Assembly: GCA_045105235.1 (NCBI GenBank)
Contig: JBGCDH010000023.1
Coordinates: forward strand, 21,749-85,748
Source of the DNA: Planctomycetota bacterium
GTDB lineage: Bacteria > Planctomycetota > UBA1135 > UBA2386
Length of the DNA: 64,000 nt
Direction of reading: 5' to 3'
Part shown: positions 9,613 through 17,546 of the stretch, piece after piece
How the letters are laid out: each line of letters starts with the position of its first letter
Numbering within the stretch: position 1 is the stretch's first letter
Position numbers and translations under genes: made by a program
The notes under the pieces: generated by a model
Database searches by the model: none
The model's input: the letters and a program-made list of their open reading frames with translations, nothing else
What the model was told of the DNA's origin: nothing

Positions 9613-10269
9613 TCAGAGCACCATCGCCACTTTGGCATCGCAAGCCGCTTCGAGGCATGCTGCCGCGCCACCGAGCTCCGCCGAGTTGCGCATCTCTTCG
9701 AGTCGAAACCCCATCATCTGCATGGACGCTTCACAGACGACGAGCTCCACGCCAAGGGCTTCGGCCGTCTCGATGTGCTGTTCGAGCGAGGGCATGCCAA
9801 GCCGGCGCATGCGCCACCGAATCAGGCAGCCGCCGAAACCACCAAAGTTCATGCGCGACATGGGCAGCGCGCGGCTGCCAACCGGCACCATCCAGCCAAA
9901 CATGCGCTCGATGAAGCTCTTGCCGCGTCCGCTGCGCCTGCAGCGCAACGCAGAAACACCCCAGAACGCGAAGAACATCCGCGTCTGCAAGCCGCTCGCC
10001 GCCGCTGCGTTGGCGAGCGTGAAAGCGAGCAGGTGCTTATCGAGGTCCCCACTAAAGACAACGAACGTCGAAGCCTTGGATGTTTGCGCGGCGTCTGCGT
10101 CTGCGTCTGCGTCCGCACGGGCCCCCTCGCCGCCAACCGCGCGGCACTCGCGACACTCGCGCAACTTGGCACCAGCTGCCATTTGCGTCACCAACCCGGC
10201 CGGCACTTCTGACCGATCGGATACGCCGTTCGGCGCGGCCAGATCGCGGCTCATCGCGTCGCTGTTCAT
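9613..10269 (-). CDS. DsrE2-type (DsrE/F/DrsH-like) sulfur-relay protein
   Basis: VFSGDLDK, MFFAFWG, LPMSRMNFGGFG, CEASMQMMG; ATG overlaps the tusA stop (ATGA). Confidence 0.88.
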   Translation of the reverse strand: MNSDAMSRDLAAPNGVSDRSEVPAGLVTQMAAGAKLRECRECRAVGGEGARADADADADAAQTSKASTFVVFSGDLDKHLLAFTLANAAAASGLQTRMFFAFWGVSALRCRRSGRGKSFIERMFGWMVPVGSRALPMSRMNFGGFGGCLIRWRMRRLGMPSLEQHIETAEALGVELVVCEASMQMMGFRLEEMRNSAELGGAAACLEAACDAKVAMVL

Positions 10270-10484
10270 TGCGCCTTCCGGATCACGGCTCGCTTCGTCG
10301 CCCCGTCTTCCACATCGACGAGCACGTGCCCAGTCATCCGCGACCAGGCTTCGAGGTCCGGCAAGAACGCGGCGTCGCACGCCTCAATGGCAATCTGATC
10401 CCCGACCGCCACACGACGAATCGCCAGGGACAGCTGAACGATCGGCATGGGACACCGGAGGCTGCGACAGTCGAGCCTTTCCAT
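10266..10484 (-). CDS. TusA/SirA-family sulfur carrier
   Basis: LDCRSLRCPMP motif, D...DLEAW...GH pattern, about 72 aa. Confidence 0.88.
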   Translation of the reverse strand: MERLDCRSLRCPMPIVQLSLAIRRVAVGDQIAIEACDAAFLPDLEAWSRMTGHVLVDVEDGATKRAVIRKAQ

Positions 10485-10491
10485 GCCGGAG

Positions 10492-10499
10492 ATATCGGC
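10492..10499 (-). promoter_or_regulatory. Putative sigma28-like -10 element (GCCGATAT), leaderless promoter of the tusA operon
   Basis: GCCGATAT lies 7 nt upstream of the tusA ATG; weak TACAG -35 candidate; no Shine-Dalgarno. Confidence 0.4.
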
Positions 10500-10725
10500 A
10501 TCCGGAGGTTCTTCCTGTACCAGAGAACGACACAAGCGCTCCGTCCGCGCCGGCAGAAACCTGTCCCGCGCCATCATCCACGCGATGGCATCGCAACTTT
10601 CGGCTCGTCCAAGAGCCGAGCCGGCGCCGCGAGCTGCGCGCCTCATTCTTAAGACAGCGGCCCGCGGGGACCCACTTGGGCCGTGGCCGACCGGCTGCCG
10701 CGCGTCCAGCCGCGGCCTGCCCTAC

Positions 10726-13700
10726 CTACGTAAACCCGACCTGCTCTTCGCCGGCGATGCGCTGCTTCTTGGCCGGATCCTTGCCCTTGCCTTCGCCGGG
10801 CACGCCGCCTTCTTGGATCGAGTCAACTTCGTGCAGGGCAACGGCGATGCGCGAGCTGACGCCACGGCGCTGCATCGTGATGCCGTAGAGCACCTGACAC
10901 TCCGCCATCGTGCGCTTGTGGTGCGTCACGATGCAGAACTGCGTGTCGTCGGTGAAGTCGCGCAGCACGCGCAAGAAGCGTTCGACGTTGGTCTCGTCGA
11001 GCGCGGCGTCGACTTCGTCCAGGATGCAGAACGGGCTCGGGCGCACCTTGAACAGTGCGAACAAGATCGCCACGGCGGTCAGCGACCGTTCGCCGCCGCT
11101 CAGCAGGTTGATCGACTGCAGCTGCTTGCCAGGCGGCTGCGCCACGATCTCGATGCCGGCTTCGAGCATGTCCTCCTCGATGTTGCTGAGGAACATGTCG
11201 GCTTTGCCGCCCTGGAACAGCTTGCGGAAGATCTCTTGGAAGTTCTTGCGCGCCTCGTGGAAGGTGTCTTCGAACAGCGTGCGCGATTCCGCTTCGAGCC
11301 GCTTGAGCGTCTCCATCAGCGTCTTGCGCGCCTCCTTGAGGTCGGTGACTTCCTGCTCGAGCTGCGTGAAGTTGCCTTCTTCGGCGTCCAGCTCTTCGAC
11401 CGCATCGAGGTTGACCGCGCCGAGGCGATCCTTCTGCGACTGCAGCACCTGCACGTCCTTGCGCACGGCCGCGGCGTCGAAATCGTCTTCTTTCCAGAGC
11501 CGCTGCAGGTTGAGCCAGCCATCGACCACATCGGGCGGCAGCGGCGGACCCTGCAGGCATTCGACGACGCCGGCCAGTGGCACCGGCCCGGCCAGCCGCG
11601 TTGGCTCGACCATGCCGACCCCTTCGATCTCGCCGAGGCAGCGCCGCAGCTCGATCCCAGTGTCCTCGCGCAGCCGCTCTTCGAGGCGCTCGAAGCGGTG
11701 CTCGACGTCGGAGACCGCCAGCCGCGACTGCGTCAACGACTCGCTGGCAACCGCGCGACGCTGCTCCCACGACTGGACCTCTTCGACCACCTGCTCGCGC
11801 GCGCTGCGCGCATCGAGCAGCTGCTGCTCCGCGGTTTCCTTGTCGATGGTGCGCTCGGCGAGCGTGTCTTCGAGCGCCATCGCCAGCTCGAGCAGACGCT
11901 CTTGCTCGGCCAGCGCTTCGGCGCGGTCGTCCTCGGCCTGACGGTGACGATCCTCGATCTCCTGACGGGCACGATCCAGGTCGCGCACCGCCTCTTCGTG
12001 CATCGTGATCGAGCGCACTAGGCCTTCGCGCACCTCGCCGGTCTGGACCTGCTGGATGCGGAGGCCCTGCTCCTTGTCCTGCTCTTCGCGCTGCGCATCC
12101 TCGGACGCCCGGATCCGGTCGCCGAAGTCCTGCTCGTTCGAGCCGGCCTGCTGCTCCATGCGGATCAGCAGATGCTGGTTGAGCAGCGACGTGCCGACGT
12201 TGGCCAGAGCCGTTGCCTGCGTGCGGCGCAGCTCGGTGTTTTCGACCGACACCTCGCCCGCTTCGCGTTCGATGTCTGCTTGGCGGGCGACGAGGCGCGA
12301 CTCCTGCGCCTGGCAGGACTGCGCTTCGCGGCGCACGCTCGACAGCGCATCGCCGACGGCCTTCAGCTCGCGCTTGAGCCGGTCGACGCGGCCGCTCGCG
12401 GCTTGCTTGCCTTGCGTAAGCCCATCGAGTTCGGCGCGCAGCACGGCGGCCTGCTCGCCGAGTTCGACAATCTGCGAACGGCGCACGACTAGGCCCTGGT
12501 GGCCGTCGGCTGCGGCACCGCCTTCCATGCGCGGGCCGCAGACGACGGTGCCGTCGGGCGTCACGAAGCAAAGGTCCGCGCGGCTCGAATCGGCAATGTC
12601 AAAGTCGGCGACCACAACACCGCGCAGCAGCCAGCCCATCAGCTTGCGGCTGGCGGCTCCGCCGGTCGCGCTGGCGTCGGGGGCGTCGGGGGCGTCGGGG
12701 GCCTCGCCACCGCCGGCATTGTCCGCATCGGCAAGGCTGCCCGAATCGGCAAGGCTGCCCGCATCGCCAACGCTGCCCACAAGCTCATCGTCCGCAAGCT
12801 CACCGTCCGCCTGCTGCTCCTCGAGCACGTGGCGAACGAGGTCGGTCAGGTAGTCCGCGCCCGCCGGTGGCTTGAGCAGCGAACTGCCCTTCGCGCACGG
12901 CGGTTCATCGCCGAAGGCTTCTTCGACCAGCAGCAGCACGCGGCCGAGTCGCTTGTCGGCCAGATCACGCACGATCTTGGCGGCGTTTTCGCGCGTGTCG
13001 ACGACCAGCGCCTGCACGTAGGGGCCAAGCGCCGCTTCGAGCGCCGGGCCGTGTTCGCTGTCGATTTCGATCAGGTCGAGCAGGCGCCCGCGCAGGCCTG
13101 CCGGCTTCTGCTCGAGCACGTAGCGCGGTCCCTGGTCGAAGCCTTCCATGTGGGCCTCCATCGCCTGCAGCGCCTGTCGGCGGCCTTCGACTTCGGTCAC
13201 CTTGTAGCGCAGCTGCGACTCCTGCTCGGCGAGCTCGGCCGCCGCAACGTCGGCGCCTTCGAGGTCGCCCAGCGCGACCTGCTCGCGCTCTTCGAGCAGT
13301 CGCTCGCGCGTGCCCAGATCGACGAGCTGCGTGCGCCAGTTGCCGAGATCGCCGGCAAGCTGCGCCTGCTCCGTCGCCAACACGCCCGAACGTTCGGCAA
13401 TGCGGCTGAGCCGCCCCCTGGCGGCGTCGACCTTGGCCTTGCCGTCGGCCGCGGCGTTGCGCGCGCGGGTTCGCCGGTGGAGCAGGTCGAGCTGGCGCTC
13501 GCGCACCGCTTCGCGCTCCGCGACCAGCAGCTTGTGGGCGTCGGCCACCGCCTGCGTCGCCAGCCGCTGCTCGTCGAGCGTCTTGGCGAGGTCGATCAGC
13601 TCCGCTTCGCGGCTCGCCAGATCTTCGCGCGCCGAAGCGAGCGTGATCGCGCGTTCGTCGCGCTGCTCGACCAGCCCGCTGACCCGTTCACGGCCGCGCT

Positions 13701-14652
13701 CGAGCTCTTCGAGCCGGTCGGCAGCACGCCGGGAGTGCGATTCGGCACGCTCCTTGTGCTGCATCAATTCGCTCTGGCAGCGGCGCAGTTCGTCCTGAAC
13801 CTGCTCCATCGCCGCCGCGCACGTCGTGATCGCTTCTTCGCGGGCGCCGAGCTCACCGCTCTTTTCTTCGCGGCCGATTTCGGCGGCCTCGAGCTCTTCC
13901 TGCAGCTCGTTGAGGCGCGCAGCGTGGCCGTGCCACTGTTCGCGCAGCTGCTCGCCGTCGATGACGGCAATCGAGGCGCGCAGATCGCAGAGCTGCGCCT
14001 GCAGCTCGCGGAAGCGACGCGCCTTGCCGGCCTGGATGCGCAGGCTGCGGATGCGCCGACCGCGCTCCTCGAGCAGGTCGGTGACCCGCGCCAGGTTTTG
14101 GTCGGTGCGCTCCAGCTTGCGCAGGCACTCTTTCTTTTGCAGCTTGAAGCGTGCGACGCCGGCGGCTTCTTCGAAGATCGCGCGGCGCGCTTCCGGGTTG
14201 GCGGACAGCACCGCGTCGATCCGGCCCTGCTCCATGACCGAGTAGCCGCCCGTGCCGAGCCCGGTATCGAGCAGCACGTCGCGAATGTCCTTGAGGCGCA
14301 CATCCTCGCCGTTGAGCAGGTAGCTCGACTCCTTGTCGAGCGTCAGCCGGCGCGAGATGTCGATCTCGGTGCGGCCGTCGAGCTGACCGTTTGGATCCTC
14401 AAACGTGATCGTGACCTCGGCCATGCCCATGGCCTCGCGGCCCTCGGCACCCTTGAAGATCACGTCGGTCATCGCCGAGCCACGCAGGCTCTTGGCGCGC
14501 TGGTCGCCGAGCACCCACTTGATGGCGTCGACGACGTTGGACTTGCCGCAGCCGTTGGGACCGATGATCCCGGTCAGGCGCGAGTCGAACTCGAACTCCG
14601 TCTTGTCCGCGAACGACTTGAAGCCGCGGGCGACGAGGCGCTTCAGCCGCAC
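10726..14652 (-). CDS. smc: Chromosome segregation protein SMC
   Basis: GFKSF, Walker A GPNGCGKSN, long coiled coils, hinge, LSGGE signature, CILDEVDAALD. Confidence 0.96.
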   Translation of the reverse strand: MRLKRLVARGFKSFADKTEFEFDSRLTGIIGPNGCGKSNVVDAIKWVLGDQRAKSLRGSAMTDVIFKGAEGREAMGMAEVTITFEDPNGQLDGRTEIDISRRLTLDKESSYLLNGEDVRLKDIRDVLLDTGLGTGGYSVMEQGRIDAVLSANPEARRAIFEEAAGVARFKLQKKECLRKLERTDQNLARVTDLLEERGRRIRSLRIQAGKARRFRELQAQLCDLRASIAVIDGEQLREQWHGHAARLNELQEELEAAEIGREEKSGELGAREEAITTCAAAMEQVQDELRRCQSELMQHKERAESHSRRAADRLEELERGRERVSGLVEQRDERAITLASAREDLASREAELIDLAKTLDEQRLATQAVADAHKLLVAEREAVRERQLDLLHRRTRARNAAADGKAKVDAARGRLSRIAERSGVLATEQAQLAGDLGNWRTQLVDLGTRERLLEEREQVALGDLEGADVAAAELAEQESQLRYKVTEVEGRRQALQAMEAHMEGFDQGPRYVLEQKPAGLRGRLLDLIEIDSEHGPALEAALGPYVQALVVDTRENAAKIVRDLADKRLGRVLLLVEEAFGDEPPCAKGSSLLKPPAGADYLTDLVRHVLEEQQADGELADDELVGSVGDAGSLADSGSLADADNAGGGEAPDAPDAPDASATGGAASRKLMGWLLRGVVVADFDIADSSRADLCFVTPDGTVVCGPRMEGGAAADGHQGLVVRRSQIVELGEQAAVLRAELDGLTQGKQAASGRVDRLKRELKAVGDALSSVRREAQSCQAQESRLVARQADIEREAGEVSVENTELRRTQATALANVGTSLLNQHLLIRMEQQAGSNEQDFGDRIRASEDAQREEQDKEQGLRIQQVQTGEVREGLVRSITMHEEAVRDLDRARQEIEDRHRQAEDDRAEALAEQERLLELAMALEDTLAERTIDKETAEQQLLDARSAREQVVEEVQSWEQRRAVASESLTQSRLAVSDVEHRFERLEERLREDTGIELRRCLGEIEGVGMVEPTRLAGPVPLAGVVECLQGPPLPPDVVDGWLNLQRLWKEDDFDAAAVRKDVQVLQSQKDRLGAVNLDAVEELDAEEGNFTQLEQEVTDLKEARKTLMETLKRLEAESRTLFEDTFHEARKNFQEIFRKLFQGGKADMFLSNIEEDMLEAGIEIVAQPPGKQLQSINLLSGGERSLTAVAILFALFKVRPSPFCILDEVDAALDETNVERFLRVLRDFTDDTQFCIVTHHKRTMAECQVLYGITMQRRGVSSRIAVALHEVDSIQEGGVPGEGKGKDPAKKQRIAGEEQVGFT

Positions 14653-14656
14653 GGGG

Positions 14657-15187
14657 CTAGCCCTCTCCCATCATGCGGCCGCCGAGCAAATCGGAGCGCC
14701 GCTGCTCGGCCGCGCTCTGCTTGCTACGCTCGCCTTCGGAAAAGACACCGTCCGCAGACGCCGCATTTGCGGGCGCGGCGTGCCCGCTCCCGACCGGCCC
14801 GCTACCGACCGCCCCACGATCAACGGCCCCCACGGCATTTCCACCCGGCAGGCTGGCCATGGCCGCGCTGCGGCGCGCGCGCTCGGCCTGGACCGCGCCG
14901 TACGAGACCGCCGCCGTCGGCTGGCCGGTGACGACCAGCAGGTGCTGCACCGCATCCGAAATCTCGGACGTCAGCAGCACCACCTTGGCGCCGCGGGCGT
15001 CGCGGTCGCCAACGCGCTTTTCGCGCAGCGCTTCGAGAGTGACCGAAGCCAGTTCCAGGGCACGCCAGTCCTCATCAATGCCAACGGCGACGAGCGCCAG
15101 ATGGATCGACCGAGCTAGCTTCGTCGTACGCAGGAACTCGCGCCGACCGTCGCGCTTTTCAACAAGATGTTCCGTCCGCCGTTTCAT
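14657..15187 (-). CDS. Stand-alone ATP-cone domain protein
   Basis: VEKRDGRREF...KLARSI..A ATP-cone pattern; overlaps the nrdR end and ends 4 nt before smc. Confidence 0.7.
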   Translation of the reverse strand: MKRRTEHLVEKRDGRREFLRTTKLARSIHLALVAVGIDEDWRALELASVTLEALREKRVGDRDARGAKVVLLTSEISDAVQHLLVVTGQPTAAVSYGAVQAERARRSAAMASLPGGNAVGAVDRGAVGSGPVGSGHAAPANAASADGVFSEGERSKQSAAEQRRSDLLGGRMMGEG

Positions 15188-15653
15188 GACCGCCCTCCCG
15201 ACGCTTCTCCAGCATCGGCTTCAGCTCTTCCAGGAACTGGCTGACGTCCTTGAACTCGCGGTATACCGACGCGAAGCGCACGTAGGCAACCTGATCGAGT
15301 TGGCGCAGTTCCTGCATGATGAGGTTGCCGACGACCTTTGACGGCACCTCTTTGTCGAAGGCCTCCATGCACTGCCGTTCGATCCGATCGGTCACGTCCT
15401 CGAGCTGTTCGTTGGACACCGGCCGTTTCTCACAGGCGCGTAGGAGTCCGCCGAGAACCTTGCTGCGATCAAATGCGACGCGCTCACCGTTTTTCTTCAC
15501 GACCCGAAGCGGCGCCATCTCGACGCGCTCATAGGTCGTGTAGCGTCGGCCACAGTCGGCACAGACGCGCCGACGACGAATCGCGAAGCCATCGGCGCTC
15601 GCGCGCGAATCGATGACCCGATCATTGTCGGCCTTGCAGTAGGGACAGCGCAT
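15159..15653 (-). CDS. nrdR: Transcriptional repressor NrdR
   Basis: MRCPYC...VIDSR...IRRRRVC..C..RYTTYE zinc ribbon, ATP cone, VAYVRFASVY. Confidence 0.96.
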   Translation of the reverse strand: MRCPYCKADNDRVIDSRASADGFAIRRRRVCADCGRRYTTYERVEMAPLRVVKKNGERVAFDRSKVLGGLLRACEKRPVSNEQLEDVTDRIERQCMEAFDKEVPSKVVGNLIMQELRQLDQVAYVRFASVYREFKDVSQFLEELKPMLEKRREGGHETADGTSC

Positions 15654-15780
15654 AGCGGTATCGCCCCAGAGGACATCTGCGCTTCGCCACCACAGCGACC
15701 GCATACGCCCGCCTCTGGGAGGCTCAGTTGGCGGACTGGAGCTCGTCTGACCACGAACTCCAGACCTTGCGTTGCGCCAG

Positions 15781-15810
15781 ACTCTACCTCCCCAACCCCT
15801 TGTGTGTCAA
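15781..15810 (-). promoter_or_regulatory. Sigma70-type promoter for nrdR-ATPcone-smc
   Basis: TTGACA-N18-TAGAGT on the minus strand. Confidence 0.55.
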
Positions 15811-15815
15811 AACCA

Positions 15816-17387
15816 TCACTTGCCAAGACAGAAGCGACCGTAGATTCGGTCGAGCAGCTGCTCGGGCGAATGGCTGCCGCCAATGCCGTCCAGGGCCCGC
15901 AATGCCGCCTGCAGCTCGACCGCGGCCAGCTCCGGAGCGATTTTTGCCGCCCGCAGGGATTCGGTGAGCGCTGCATGCGCGGCCTGCAGGGCCGATCGCA
16001 GCGGGGCGCCGGCGTCGACGCCGCCGCTGTTCGTGCCGCCGCCGCCGCCGAGAGCCAAGAAGGCCTCGCGCAGCGCCGGCAGCCCGTCACCAGTGGTCGC
16101 ACTGGTCGCAAACACGCGGCCGCTTGGCGAGGGCAGGCGGGCGCAGGCGGCTGCGGGCAGCCTGTGCTGGAGGGCCGCGCCGTGCGGATGGCCGCCTTCG
16201 CCTGCCCCCGGCAAGAGGTCGCACTTGCTAAAGACCACGCCCCACCACGGCAGCGGCGAGCGGTAGGCAAACTCCGGGATGCGCGGGTTGGTGGCGTCGA
16301 GCACGACCAGCAGGGCCGCCGCCCGCCCGGCCAGACGTTCGCGCAGCGCCAGGGCGCTGCGGTCGGCGGCCCCCGGATCGTCGAGATCGCCCGGGGCATC
16401 CCAGAGCCGCATCGCGCCGCCGGTGCCGTCCGTCGGTCCGGGTTCGCGTGCGGCGGCGTCGGCGGATGTAGCTCCGGCTGCGGCTGGCGGGCCAAGCGGA
16501 ACGCGGATCTGGAGCAGGTCGCGCGTCGTGCCCGCCACGTCGGCGACCAGCGCCTGCTCGCGGCCGGCCAGCGCGTTGGCCAGCGACGACTTGCCGGCGT
16601 TGGCGTGGCCGACCAGCAGCAACTCGCCGCCGGGGCTCGCAATCGGCAGCGACCGCACCAGCTGGTCGAGCTTCTGTTCGAGCGGCAGCAGCGGATCCCG
16701 CCATTGGCCGGTGGGCACCGCGCCGGTGTCGTCTTCGTCAAAGTCGAGGCCGACTTCGAGCAGCGCGAGCTGATCCTGCAGCTGGCGGCGCACGTCGGCG
16801 ACTTCGTCGGACAGGCCGCCGCGCAGCCACTGCACCGCCGCCGCCGCTTCACGCCGATCGGATGCGTGCAGGAGCAGCAGCAGCCCCTCGACTTGCGCCA
16901 GGTCCATGCGGCCGTTGCGGCACGCGCGCGCCGTAAACTCTCCCGGCAGGGCTTCGCGCACGCCCGCCGCGCGGCCGTCGCGCACCAGCTGCTCCTGCAG
17001 CAACCGCACCAGCAACGGGCTGCCCGGCACGTGCAGCTCGACGATGTCTTCGCCGGTGAAGGAACGCGGTCCGGGCATGGTCAGCGCGATCGCTTCGAGT
17101 TCGGCGGACGGCGATTCGACGGGCGAGGATGCGCTAGCCGGCGACCCGGTTTGCGGCGACCCGGTCGCAGGCGAATCCGTCGCAGCAGGCGACTCCTCAG
17201 CAGGCGTCAGCGCACGCGCCACGACCGACAGCCGCACACTGCCGCGCTGCTGGCCGCGTGCGCGGCTGAGCGCCGGCGCAAACACCCGCGCCGCGGCCTC
17301 AAACGCTCGCGGCCCCGACAGACGGATCACGGCGCGTTCGCTCGCGCCTTGGGCGCTGGCCAGGGCCACAATCGTGTCCCCGATCAT
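15816..17387 (-). CDS. mnmE: tRNA modification GTPase MnmE (TrmE)
   Basis: DTIVALAS, IRLSG, PRSFTGED..E, GEFT.RA..NG, GHANAGKSS, GTTRD, C-terminal FCLGK. Confidence 0.93.
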   Translation of the reverse strand: MIGDTIVALASAQGASERAVIRLSGPRAFEAAARVFAPALSRARGQQRGSVRLSVVARALTPAEESPAATDSPATGSPQTGSPASASSPVESPSAELEAIALTMPGPRSFTGEDIVELHVPGSPLLVRLLQEQLVRDGRAAGVREALPGEFTARACRNGRMDLAQVEGLLLLLHASDRREAAAAVQWLRGGLSDEVADVRRQLQDQLALLEVGLDFDEDDTGAVPTGQWRDPLLPLEQKLDQLVRSLPIASPGGELLLVGHANAGKSSLANALAGREQALVADVAGTTRDLLQIRVPLGPPAAAGATSADAAAREPGPTDGTGGAMRLWDAPGDLDDPGAADRSALALRERLAGRAAALLVVLDATNPRIPEFAYRSPLPWWGVVFSKCDLLPGAGEGGHPHGAALQHRLPAAACARLPSPSGRVFATSATTGDGLPALREAFLALGGGGGTNSGGVDAGAPLRSALQAAHAALTESLRAAKIAPELAAVELQAALRALDGIGGSHSPEQLLDRIYGRFCLGK

Positions 17388-17546
17388 GCCAGGAGCCCAT
17401 CCGCGGCGGCGATTTGCATAACGCGACGATGCGGCTCGGCACGCTGCGCGTCAACGCCTGGCATCGTCTGCACGGATGACCGTGCTGCGCGGATGGCTTG
17501 GCGGCACGGGTTGCCTGGCGGAACGGGTTGCCTCGCGGAACGGGCG

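Noticed and set aside
12650-12830. Intein or mobile insertion in the SMC hinge
   Set aside because: Low-complexity Ala/Asp/Gly repeat without C/S...HN splice motifs; counted under tandem duplications
10726-14652. SMC as part of a Wadjet/MksBEF-type defence system
   Set aside because: Canonical housekeeping SMC with hinge; no jetABD/mks neighbours; unlinked scpAB is common
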